This document shows, piece after piece, positions 1 to 11,564 of a stretch of DNA of 64,000 bases; the stretch's first letter is position 1, and each line of letters opens with the position of its first letter. The stretch spans positions 1 to 64,000 of the forward strand of contig NIVC01000211.1 in NCBI GenBank assembly GCA_002269645.1, in the 5' to 3' direction. The position numbers and the translations under genes were made by a program. The stretch is from Macrostomum lignano. Lineage: Eukaryota. A model generated the notes under the pieces. The model was not told the DNA's origin and ran no database searches. It was given only the letters and a program-made list of their open reading frames with translations.

Positions 1-685
1 CAAAACTGGCCCCCAGATTGCAGAAGTTGACGGAAATATTCGAACAAATCTGAAAGAATTATAAAGCTGAACCAGTCAATGACAATAAATAATATACCTA
101 CCTATAAAGTAGGTAAAGAATTTTCTGTTGATACTTTTATTTCCCTTTTAAATTTTAGCGGCGAAATAAGTAAGCTTTTGACTACTACATACACAAAATT
201 ATGCTTTGTTTATTTTAGCGTTTTTCAAAAGAATAATTCCGAGAAACTGTATTCAGATATTGGTTTTCGAATCTGATAATAAAATGTGTTTCAAACTGTA
301 TATTCAGTGCTTTAAATTTAACATTTTGCTTGATTTTAATTCGATTTAGCTTGATTTAGCTCGTGGATCCATGTATATATGCAAATCAAGGACCACTGTG
401 TATGTATAAACTATTATGTAAAGTGGTCCTTGCAGGAGTTGTTATTGATATTGTGATATTTTTTTAACTAGTGGGATCTAGTGTTTATAATAAACTTTTT
501 ATTGTACTCTAGAGCAACATTCACGTACATATAGTCGTTTCTGACTTTTGCAACTATGGCTAAGCGCCTTTTTTATTTTTACAAAATTAGCCCGAACTTT
601 TATGGATTTCAAAGCGTCGAAAGGCGCCCACACAAATACAAACCAAATGACGTGGCTGTCTGAAGCAGTTTGGTGCTATTTTGTT

Positions 686-691
686 TTTATT
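686..691 (-). promoter_or_regulatory. Candidate polyadenylation signal of the ATPase gene
   Basis: AATAAA on the minus strand about 140 nt after the stop; further copies occur downstream. Confidence 0.4.
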
Positions 692-827
692 GAAGAAAAA
701 ATGTTCTTCATTAAAATAAACGGCTCGTTTTGAAGCAAAGCAGCGAGTTATAGAAGCAAAATAAATTGTTGTTGTTTCATTATTAATCGATTTCAGCAGA
801 GTGGACGGGCAAGGACCGTAACTACTC

Positions 828-1060
828 TCAGTAGTAAGTCTCCCGTTCAACAACATTCCCGGGAGACAGTCGACGAAGCAGAAGTTTCCTAATCTCGTCG
901 AAGATAAAGATTAGGCTGCTGTGGCCGAGCGGCAGGAAGCACCAGACGAATTTCAGCGGCATCATTTTGAGCACCATGTAGGAGTAGGGCACGTAACTCA
1001 GCAACATAGCTAAGATGGTCTCGAAGAACAAGCTGCCGGTCATGGGATGATTTCGCATGC
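828..1060 (-). CDS. ATP1A: Na/K-ATPase alpha exon 8 (TM9-TM10, ETYY stop)
   Basis: ttccag|GCATG; ends [19 protein letters not shown]. Confidence 0.93.
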
Positions 1061-4000
1061 CTGGAATTGAAAACATGTGCTTCTCTAGATGTACAGTACA
1101 GTTGGTTGCGTGACTCAGGTTTACTTCATTTTCTATTCATTTCCGGAACCTGATGTGGCCTTTATTAATTTAGCAATGAAATTAGAAGCAATTTTGATGG
1201 TTAAAATTAGGAGAGGGAGAATCTGACTGGAAAAGTCAAGCTCTGCATCAGCTTATGAATGTACATGTGTAGGCATTGTAGGCGATAATTTCTGCGTTAC
1301 AGGTGGACAGACTCAGTGTTACAGGTGACAGACTCAGTTTACAGGTGACAGACTCAGTGTTACAGGTGACAGACTCAGTGTTGCAGGTGACAGACTCAGT
1401 GTTACAGGTGACAGACCCAGTGTTACTGGGGACTGTCTCCCTGATTACCTTATCTACATGTGCTTATACTGTATCAGTGTTACAATTATTTGCTTCGTTG
1501 GTAGATTGGGATGATATACAATTAATTATTCTTGTTACAGATGGTTGGTTGCCTTTGTGATGTTGTCAGCGTCTCGGTAGAATCTTTCTACGAGCTATAA
1601 GAAGATAACAACACACTGGAAGCATATAAAATGACTTTCCCGTTGGCTGAGAAAGTGATTAAGGTGCATATTCATAGGCCCAGTTCCCATAATGATACGA
1701 AACTCATTGAAGCGATAAACACGTTAATGGATTTTCGGTTGCTTTGGCAATAATCTTCTTTGGGCGCGCTGGTTTGATGCTTCTCTGATCTTTCCGGCTG
1801 CTCATGGCATAGCAGATGATCGCATGATGCGTGTATATCGCACTTTGCTCAGCTGATCGTGTATGATTGATTGGATTGACGGGAAATTCTGCCTCAATGG
1901 CACGACGCTATAGCATGTTTTACAAATTCTATAGTAGGAATTCTCTTGTGTACTCGTATTATTAATCTATTTTGCAGACTTTATGTGTATTTGGATTTGT
2001 AGTTATTAATTCTGCAGTTAATATTTGAGTTTGCAGTCATCACTGAGGATTCTGTGCAGTCATCATGCACTGAGGATTCTGTGCAGTCATCACTGAGGAT
2101 TCTGTGCAGTCATCATGCACTGAGGATTCTGTGCAGTCATCACTGAGGATTCTGTGCAGTCATCACTGAGGATTCTGTGCAGTCATTCTCGTGCTCAATA
2201 TTCTGAAAACTTACCCTGCTGGAAGACGGACAATCGCCTGGTCTTGCAGATGACTAAATCCGCCCATTGCACAATCACGATGGCAATAAAGAAGCCGGTC
2301 TGACAGGACATTTCCAGTTTTTTACGCTCGTTGTAGGTCCATTCCTGACCGAATGAGTCCTCCAGACTGTCCTCCGTACGGTTGTCCCAAGGCTCGCGCA
2401 AGAAGAACAGCCTCCTGGGTAGGAAGCCATTGTGAGCCATGATGCAGAAGTACACCAGCCAGCCTGCGGCAGCCTGCAGCATCCCAATCTGCCCGTAGGC
2501 CATGCCGATCAACCGACCATTGACCAGCCGGTCCGACTGGGTTCCTCGGCGCCCGGCTCATGATGTCGTTCTCGGCCGATTCGTAAGCGAAGCTGATCGC
2601 AGGGAACATGTCTGTGCCGAGGTCGATGCACAGGATGTGCACTGTGCCCAGGGCCAGCGGCAGGCCCAGCACAATGAAGAATATGAATGGCACCATCTCT
2701 GGCACCTTCGAGGTGAGCGTGTACGCGATCGACTTCTTCAGATTGTCGAATATGAGACGGCCTGGGAATTTTTTGCGGATAGCAGTTGGAAGCGAAATTG
2801 AAGTTTTTGACATCCAAAAATGGGGGCTTCTAATTCTAGAATGAATTCTTTGATGCCATTTTTGACAACCAAATATCCTTGATTTGGAAGTTTCTGACAC
2901 CCAGACTGAGGCTTGCATTCATTGCATTCCCAACCAAGCAACGCAGCGTGATCTACTCTCCCAAAAAAACGTCTCGATTTCGGTTCATCGAGCTGGCCTC
3001 TCATCTAGTTAAGCCAGTCAACTCAACTGAACAGCTCTTTCGTGCCCCCCCCCCAAGAATTCAATCTCTCTGGATTGGATAAAGACAAGCGCCTCCCCCA
3101 AGCTGAGTTGAGACCGACCGACCATAGGAAAGTCCGACGGCGAGGCTGTTTTATGCAATCGAATTGTGAGAGCCGTCGCTAGAGAGGGGGACTTTTTCAA
3201 TCGGGAAAACTCTCATTTCTTCCCCGGCGACCACTGCCTCTGCCCCGAGCTGCGTAAATCTTACTAAATAACCGTCAGATACAAATTTTTACTTTTGAGA
3301 TTAAATTGACTGGCTGGGCTCGGTTGGGAGCTGGGAAATATGAGCTATTCGAGAGCTCGAATATGACCGTGCCTTGATGATTTTGTGGACGTTAAATAAG
3401 ATGAAATTACCCGAAGGATGTGGCAATTTAAGGTTCATCTGAAATCCTAACCGGAGCTAAATGACTGCACTAACTCTAGTCTCATAAACTCCATCTCTAA
3501 TCTTCCCGGAATTCTCTTAGAATATCTCACTTACGACCTCACCTTCTTCAACTCCAACAACAATGGAAGCGAAATTGTCATCCAGCAGTATCATGTCCGC
3601 CGCCTGCTTGCTCACGTCGCTCCCAGTGATGCCCATAGCAACGCCAATGTCCGCCTTCTTCAAAGCCGGCGAATCGTTCACTCCGTCCCCAGTCACCGCC
3701 ACAATATTGCCCAGCTTTTGAAATGCTTCAACAATGATGAGCTTCTGCTGCGGACTGGTCCTGGCGAACACTATCTCCCGGTGTTGGCGAATGATTTCAA
3801 CCAGCTCGTCCGCTGACATGTCCTTGAGCTGGCCGCCGTTCACTACTCGGGCCTCGGCTTCGGCCGGGTTCACCGATTCTACGGGAACTCCGCGCTCTTT
3901 GGCCAGCGACTCGGGCGTCCGGCTGTTCGGCGAGATGATACCGACGCCTCGGGCGATGGCCGCCGCCGTGATTGGATGGTCGCCGGTAACCATGACTACC

Positions 4001-7000
4001 TGTTTTTAGTAACAGTGGACAGTTAGGCTTTGCTTGCAAGCGTTAGGTTAAAAACAGCCCAGCAACAGCCTAGCAACAGCCTAGCAAAAAACTAACAACA
4101 GTCTAGCAACAGCCTAGCAACAACCTGACAACAGCCTAGCAACAACCTAAAAACAGCCTAGCAGCAAACTAACAACAGCCTAGCAACAGCCTAGCAAAAA
4201 ACTAACAACAGGCTAGCAGCAACCTAACAACAGTCTAGCAACAGCCTAGCAACAACCTAACAACAGCCTAGAAACAGCCTAGCAAACCTAACAACCTCCT
4301 AGCAACAGCCTAGCAACAGCCCAGCAGCAGCCTAGCAACAGCCTAGCAACAAACTAACAACAGGCTAGCAGAAACCTAACAACAGTCTAGCAACAGCCTA
4401 GCAACAACCTGACAACAGCCTAGCAACAACCTAAAAACAGCCTAGCAGCAAACTAACAACAGCCTAGCAACAGCCTAGCAAAAAACTAACAACAGGCTAG
4501 CAGCAACCTAACAACAGTCTAGCAACAGCCTAGCAACAACCTAACAACAGCCTAGAAACAGCCTAGCAAACCTAACAACCTCCTAGCAACAGCCTAGCAA
4601 CAGCCCAGCAGCAGCCTAGCAACAGCCTAGCAACAAACTAACAACAGGCTAGCAGAAACCTAACAACAGTCTAGCAACAGCCTAGCAACAACCTAACAAT
4701 AGCCTAACAACAACCTAACAACAGCCTAGCAACAGCCCAGCAACAGCCTAGCAACAAACTAATAGTATCCCTGGATTTTACACATTTTTCTCCTTGGCAT
4801 TATCTCACCTTATTGATCTCCAAAAGTTAGCAAGGAATTTTGAAAAGCTAAAGCTACCTGTGCCTGAAATTAGCTTAAACAATTAACAAACCCTCCAAAA
4901 CCAAATGTGATTTAAAAAATGAGGAAGAAGCGCAGCGCACCCGGATCCCGGCGCTCCGGCATTTCTCCACCGCGTACGGCACGGCAGCTCGTGGCGGATC
5001 GATCATGCTCATCAGGCCGACAAAGCGATAGCCGGTGAGTGGAAAGTTCACCGTCTCAGTATTGTACTTGTAGTTGTCGGGATAATCCTTGGCAGGTAGT
5101 CGAAAGTCGCAGAAGCCGAGCACTCGCTCCCCGAGGCTGCCCAAGTTTTCGTAGGCGTCCTGAAATTTTTTCTTCCACTTGGCGTCCAGAGCGACCTCGG
5201 CGCCGTCAACGAGAATGCTCGAGCAGCGGTCCAGAATCCGCTCCGGAGCGCCCTTCATCACGCACAGGTGGCGAGCTTCGCCGTCCATTTGAACAGTTCT
5301 GTGCACAGAAACCTGCATGTGCGTACGACGAGTTTTGAATGTTTAAATCACTCGGCACGGGGTAAAATGGAAAACTTTTGTATTGGTCAGACTGGAAATC
5401 TCAGTTGGAACAATTGAATGTTACTGGGGTCATTGGAATGTAACTGGGGTCAATGAAATGTTACTGGGGTTATTGGACTGGTACAGGGGGTCATTTAAAT
5501 GGTAAAGGGGTCATTGGAATGGTAAAGGGGTCATTGGAATGGTACAGGGATCATTGGAATGGCAAAAGGGTCATTGGAATGGTACAGGGGTCATTGGAAT
5601 GGTTCAGGGTCATTGGAATGGTACAGGGGGTCATTAGAATGGTACAGGGGTCATTGGAATGGTACAGGGGTCATTGGAATGGTACAGGGGGTCATTGGAA
5701 TGTTACTGGGGTCATTGGAATAGTACAGGGGGTCATTGGAATGGTAAAGGGGTCATTGGAATGGTAAAGGGGTCATTGGAATGGTAAAGGGGTCATTGGA
5801 ATGGTAAAGGGTCATTGGAATGGTACAGGGGGTCATTGGAATGGTAAAGGGGTCATTGGAATGGTAAAGGGTCATTGGAATGGTACAGGGGTCATTGGAA
5901 TGGTTCAGGGGTCATTGGAATGGTACAGGGGGTCATTGGAATGGTACAGGGGTCATTGGAATGGTACAGGGGTCATTGGAATGGTACAGGGGGTCATTGG
6001 AATGTTACTGGGGTCATTGGAATAGTACAGGGGGTCATTGGAATGGTAAAGGGGTCGTTGGAATGTTACTGGGGTCATTGGAATGGTAAAGGGTCATTGG
6101 AATGGTACAGGGGTCATTGGAATGGTACAGGGGGTCATTGGAATGGTAAAGGGTCATTGGAATGGTACAGGGGTCATTGGAATGGTACAGGGGGTCATTG
6201 GAATGGTACAGGGGGTCATTGGAATGGTAAAGGGTCATTGGCATGGTACAGGGGTCATAGGAATGGTACAGGGGGTCATTGGAATGGTACAGGGGGTCAT
6301 TTGAATGTTACTAGGGTCATTGGAATGGTACAGGGGGTCATTGGAATGTTACTGGGGTTATTGGAATGGTAAAGGGGTCATTGGAATGGTAAAGGTCATT
6401 GGCATGGTACAGGGGTCATTAGAATGGTACAGGGGGTCATTGAAATGCTACAGGGGGTCATTTGAATGTTATTGGGGTCATTCGAATGGTACAGGGGTCG
6501 TTGGAATGTTACTGGGGTCATTGGAATGGTAAAGGGTCATTGGAATGGTACAGGGGTCATTGTAATGGTACAGGGGGTCATTGGAATGGTACAGGGGTCA
6601 TTGGAATAGTACAGGGGGTCATTGGAATGGTAAAGGGGTCATTGGAATGGTAAAGGGTCATTGGCATGGTACAGGGGTCATTGGAATGATACAGGGGGTC
6701 ATTGGAATGTTACTGGGGTCATTGGAATGGTACAGGGGTCATTGGAATGGTGTCGGGTCAGAAAAATAGCAACATGGTCATTCCATAGTTATCATGTACT
6801 TAGGAGGGTCAACGGAGTCACGGAATTTAACTTTACTGGGGTCATTGGAATGGTACAGGGGGTCCTTGGAACGTTACTGGGGTCATTGGAATCGTAAAGG
6901 GGTCATTGGAATGGTACAGGGATCATTGGAATGGTAAAGGGTCATTGGAATGATACAGGGGGTCATTGGAATGGTACAGGAGGGTCATTGGAATGTTACT

Positions 7001-10000
7001 GGGGTCATTGGAGTATTACTGGGGTCATTGGAATGGTACAGGGGGGTCATTGGAATGTTAATGGGGTCTTTGGAGTATTACTGGGGTCATTGGAATCGTA
7101 AAGGGGTCATTGGAATGGTGCAGGGATCATTGGAATGGTACAGGGGGTCATTGGAATGGTACAGAGGGTCATTGGAATGGTACAGGGGGTCATTGGAATG
7201 GTACAGGGGGTCATTGGAATGGTACAGGGGGGTCATTGGAATGTTACTGGGGTCATTGGAGTGTTACTGGGGTCATTGGCATGTTACTGGGGTCATTGGA
7301 GTGTTACTGGGGTCATTGAAGTGGTACAGGGGGGTCATTGGAATGTTACTGGGGTCATTGGAGTGTTACTGGGGTCATTGGAACGTTACTGGGGTCATTG
7401 GAATGGTACAGGGGTCATTGAAATGGTGGCGGGTCAGTAAAATAGCAACATGGTCATTCCAAAGGTATCATGTGTGACAGGAGGGTCAACGGAGTCACTG
7501 AAGTTTTACCCTCACCTGAAACTTGTTCTGCGAATTGAAGGGTATCTCAGCCAGTTTCGGGCATTTCAGTCTAGCGGCGGCCACCGACTTGACTTCGCTG
7601 GGCAGGTTCAGCTCCGAGCACTTCAGCAGGGCCGTCTCGGAGGCGTCGCCGTTAACTTTACGGCGAAGCACCGGATGTGACTCCTGGTTGGCCTCAAATT
7701 TAGCCCGGCTGCAGAGCATAGCAACTCGAACTGAGAAGTTGGTTAGTTCACAAAGACTCAACTGTTTGACACAAAGACTCGGACTGTTAGACACAAAGAC
7801 TCTACTGTTAGACACAAAGACTTGGACTGTTAGACACAAATATTCTACTGTTAGACACAAAGAATCTACTGTTAGACACAAAGACTCGGACTGTTAGACA
7901 CAAAGACTCTACTGTTAGACACAAAGACTTGGACTGTTAGACACAAATATTCTACTGTTAGACACAAATATTCTACTGTTAGATACAAATAATCTACTTT
8001 TAGACACAAAGACTTGGACTGTTAGACACAAAGACTCGGAGTGTTAGACACAAAGACTTGGACTGTTAGACACAAAGACTCGGAGTGTTAGACACAAAGA
8101 CTTGGACTGTTAGACACAAAGACTCAGAGTGTTAGACACAAAGACTCTACTGTTAGACACAAAGACTCAGAGTGTTAGACACAAAGAATCTACTGTTAGA
8201 CACAAAGAATCTACTGTTAGACACAAAGAATCTACTGTTAGACACAAGTATTCGGACTGTTAGACACAAAGAATCTACTGTTAGACACAAAGAATCTACT
8301 GTTAGACACAAGGATTCGGACTGTTAGACACAAAGAATCTACTGTTAGACACAAAGAATCTACTGTTAGACACAAGGATTCGGACTGTTAGACACAAAGA
8401 CTCGGAGTGTTAGACACAAAGACTTGGACTGTTAGACACAAAGACTCAGAGTGTTAGACACAAAGACTTGAACTGTTAGACACAAAGACTCAGAGTGTTA
8501 GACACAAAGACTCGGACTGTTAGACACAAAGACTCGGACTGTTAGACACAAAGACTCGGACTGTTAGACACAAAGACTTAGGCCCAGAAACTCATCTGCA
8601 ATACATAACCTACTGTTAGAGACACAATGGACTGGTAGTCACAAATGCGACCTTTATGATCTGAGCTAATAGAACTGAAAATAAATAAATTTGGCCGCAA
8701 ATCTAGCTTACACAACGCTGAGCAAGTAACATCGCTAACATCGAATTTCTGACTTCCGCTCTGATTCTCAGTGGTGTCAACGTTGTACACTTTGCCGGAA
8801 TACCACAGATGGGCAACCGTCATGCGATTCTGAGTCAGCGTACCTGCAATTAATCGGATTTAAGCGCCATCCACGTAGGTGTTTTTAAATTAAAGTGTGT
8901 ACCAGTAACTAAAAGTACTCTATCTCAAGTTTCACCGGTTTTGTCGGAGCAGATAACAGAGGTTGAGCCGAGCGTTTCGACAGCTTCCAGATTCTTAACC
9001 AGACAGTTTTTCACCGCCATCTGCTTAGCGGTCAGAGTAAGACAGAGCGTCACAGTTACCAGCAAACCTTCGGGCACGTTGGCAACAATGATACCAATGA
9101 GGAACAGCACCGACTGGATCCACTTGTAGCCAAAGGCGAATGAGATGCCAAAGAACACCAGGCCGGTGATAACTGCGACCGCCGTGATGATGCGGACAAA
9201 GTAGTCGATTTCTCTGGCAATGGGAGTCTTGCCCGTGTCCAGACCGCTGGTGAGGTTAGCGATTCGCCCCATCACTGTGTTGTCGCCGGTGAAAGTCACA
9301 ACACCGATGGCCTCTCCTTCGAGTACGTTGGTGGAAAAGAAAGCCAAATTCTTGGTCTCAAGAGGATTTTCGTGTGTAAACTCGGGCGACCTGGGCTGCG
9401 GCTCGCTCTCCCCTGTGAGGCACGAGTTGTCCACCTTGAAGCTCTTGCAGCTCAGAACCCGGATGTCTGCTGGCATTCGATCGCCAGCCTGAACCCGGAT
9501 GACATCGCCAACTACCAAATCTGTGGCGGAAACATCCTGCTCGACGCCGCTTCTGATGACACGAGCGTGCTGCGGCACCATCTTCTTGAAGCTGTCCATT
9601 ATGGCTTCGGATTTGGACTCCTGGTAGAATGAGAAACAGCCGGTGAGCAGGTTGACAACTGCAAGCACGATGCCTAAGATGAGCTGCTCAATTTGAGCAT
9701 ACTGCCCGTTTTGAGCTCGGTCGATGCCGTAGGCCACAATGCACAGAATGGAGGCGATCCACAGCAGGTTGGCAAACATGTTGGTCATGCAGCGCAGCAA
9801 CCGCAGCCACTGAGGCGTTGTCGGCGGCGGCGTGAGCTCGTTGCTACCGTACAGTTCGAGCCTACGTTCGGCTTCGGATTCCTCTAAGCCCGATTCGGCG
9901 TCCGTGCCGAGTCGCTGGAGGGCAGAGAGAGAGTGAAGATGAGAGTTGCTTTTGTAGATAAGTTTAATAGTGAATCAAGGTTATTTGTCCAAAGCAAAAA

Positions 10001-10954
10001 ATTCAAAATCCCCAAGCTCTATGGTCAGGTAAAAGCTGTGTTCATTAACCAGAAACGGAGCCAATAATGTAATCATGGCCAACGAACATTGTGCATGCAC
10101 ATTGTTACAGCAGTTCATCAGGAAACGCAAACGCTAGCTGGAACTGCAACTCCTCTTCTCCTTTAACAATATGGAGGCCGATATATATCAAGAGGTGAAT
10201 AAAAATTGCAGTAAATATTCGTGTTCAATAAACATAAAAATCGGGGGGGGGGGCAAGATGCTTAATGGATTAGCATAATTTTTTTCAATAACAGGAAGCT
10301 CTAAGCTGTAAATCCCCCCCTAAGGTGAGGTCTTTCACCGCGTTGCTTTTATGAAGTTCTAATGCGTCTAGCAAACAGTACGTCTACAGCTGTAGTTTTA
10401 GGAACGTTGCTTCGTTCTTTGAAAAAGGAAAAAAGCACAGAAAATCAAAAGACGGCAGCGGTTCAGGCAGGTTTTAGCTAATTAAGGAATTGGAACTGGT
10501 GTACAGTACAGCTGGTCAGGCCAGTTATTTTGGGAAAAATCTTTTTTCGGAAAGATGCTTTCTCGGGTTTGACATGCACAACACTTTTGTTTAAATAAAG
10601 GCTCGCAGATATATTAGCACTGAAAATTACCTGCATCAACTCCGCAACGGGAACTTTGTGATCGTCAATTTCAATTTCTTTCTTCAAGTCGTTCAGTTCG
10701 CGATCTTTCCGCATCACATCCGTGTTGTTGATGTTGTAAGGCACATCGGCGCTGCTGTCTGCAGGAGGCCTCGGCGCCGGCCAGAGGAGTCGCATCCACC
10801 AGCTGCGAATGTTTCGAAAATCGATGATTGACGTCAGTGACGGCCGGCTGTCGTTGACCCTGACCGGCGGTCTTCGTTGGCGAGCGTAGCGATACTCGCG
10901 AAGAATTACACTGCGCGCAGCCAAAGGCGCTCGAAAACCCTGATGGTCTGGCAT
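828..10954 (-). CDS. ATP1A: Na+/K+-transporting ATPase alpha subunit (P-type IIC), divergent paralog; 8 exons, one frameshift in exon 7
   Basis: Exons (minus): 10631-10954, 8936-9914, 8712-8843, 7516-7730, 4941-5312, 3543-3999, 2215-2761, 828-1060. All introns are GT-AG with matching phases. Motifs LTGES, VANVPEG, DKTGT (split by intron 2), KGAPE, MIDPPR, TGDGVND, IDLGTD, QWAD and C-terminal ETYY. Exon sum 3259 nt is off by one base, explained by the frameshift at about 2534-2537. Confidence 0.95.
1297..1427. repeat. 21 bp intronic minisatellite (TTACAGGTGACAGACTCAGTG), about 6 copies
   Basis: Tandem units read directly; lies in ATPase intron 7. Confidence 0.9.
2032..2186. repeat. 23/28 bp intronic minisatellite (CACTGAGGATTCTGTGCAGTCAT, some units with an extra 5 nt, CATGC-like)
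   Basis: About 6 tandem units next to the exon 7 donor. Confidence 0.9.
2215..2761 (-). CDS. ATP1A: Na/K-ATPase alpha exon 7 (TM5-TM8), contains a frameshift
   Basis: cccag|GCCGT; [26 protein letters not shown], then a shifted frame [29 protein letters not shown]; donor G|GTAAG. Confidence 0.92.
3543..3999 (-). CDS. ATP1A: Na/K-ATPase alpha exon 6 (P domain)
   Basis: aaacag|GTAGTCATG; [45 protein letters not shown]; donor G|GTGAG. Confidence 0.95.
4052..4760. repeat. 11 bp-based minisatellite (AACAGCCTAGC) with a 284 bp higher-order duplication
   Basis: Fills ATPase intron 5; the rare variant CCTGAC recurs at 4124 and 4408. Confidence 0.9.
4941..5312 (-). CDS. ATP1A: Na/K-ATPase alpha exon 5
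   Basis: atgcag|GTTTCT; [39 protein letters not shown]; donor GTGCGC. Confidence 0.93.
5416..7430. repeat. 20-22 bp minisatellite (GGTCATTGGAATGGTACAGGG)
   Basis: Fills most of ATPase intron 4; source of the many spurious HWNG/VIGM ORFs. Confidence 0.95.
7516..7730 (-). CDS. ATP1A: Na/K-ATPase alpha exon 4 (N domain)
   Basis: ttctcag|TTCGA; [29 protein letters not shown]; donor CAG|GTGAG. Confidence 0.92.
7745..8578. repeat. 22 bp minisatellite (TTAGACACAAAGACTCGGACTG)
   Basis: Fills ATPase intron 3 and abuts the exon 4 acceptor. Confidence 0.95.
8712..8843 (-). CDS. ATP1A: Na/K-ATPase alpha exon 3
   Basis: ttgcag|GT ACG CTG ACT CAG AAT = (G)[21 protein letters not shown]; donor T|GTAAGC. 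Confidence 0.9.
8936..9914 (-). CDS. ATP1A: Na/K-ATPase alpha exon 2 (TM1-TM4, A domain TGES, to DKT)
   Basis: Acceptor ctccag|CGACTC; [44 protein letters not shown]; donor G|GTGAA. Confidence 0.95.
10631..10954 (-). CDS. ATP1A: Na/K-ATPase alpha exon 1 (long N-terminus to [20 protein letters not shown])
   Basis: LKKE..DDHK motif of alpha-subunit N-termini; donor CAG|GTAAT at 10631/10630. The ATG at 10954 is tentative because an upstream exon is possible. Confidence 0.8.
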
Positions 10955-11564
10955 ATTCTTTTAAATATTCAGGAGATTTGATGTGTCGCAATTTCAGAGC
11001 TGAGTCTGGAGTCTGGCTTGTTGAATTGAAACCCGGGTAAGTTGACGACTTGCTTCATAAATGCCTCAATGCCATAGACTAAAGCTCACGAGATAATTAA
11101 AGAATGTACTAATGCCATTCTTTCGGTTTTGAAGAATTGAATGATTTTTAAAAGTACATATTGGCTTTGACTTCGCAGTACTTACTTTTAAATACACGCA
11201 AACCCCAGCCTTAGCACACTAATTCGTGTAATTATTACTTGCGACGAACTGCATCGATTCGTTGGTTCGTTACTAAATTGAGTTGATTCAATACTCTCAG
11301 CATTCCTCTCCCTCCAACTGCTCTGCTTCAGTCTGTTCTCAGATTAAGTGAGGCCGAGATCGGTAAATCAGTCCATTTCGATTAGTTTTAGCAGCCATGA
11401 AGAAGCGAAAAGAATCCAGTTGCGGCGTCTGCATGAAAATCCATAGTTATTGAGTACCAAGGCATGTTTCATGGTTTAAAAATAGGAAATGTTTTGACTG
11501 CAATTTTTAATGCGCTTGTAGATTGCGCTTCTATCTCAGCGTGTTCTGCTGCAATTGTGAGGCA

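Noticed and set aside
5453-7477. Many HWNGTG / VIGMVQG ORFs
   Set aside because: Translations of the intron 4 minisatellite, antisense to the ATPase.
828-10954. Calling the pump a true H+/K+-ATPase
   Set aside because: The Lys is one position off the gastric Lys, TM6 keeps D..D rather than E..D, and the QWAD and ETYY features are Na/K-type.
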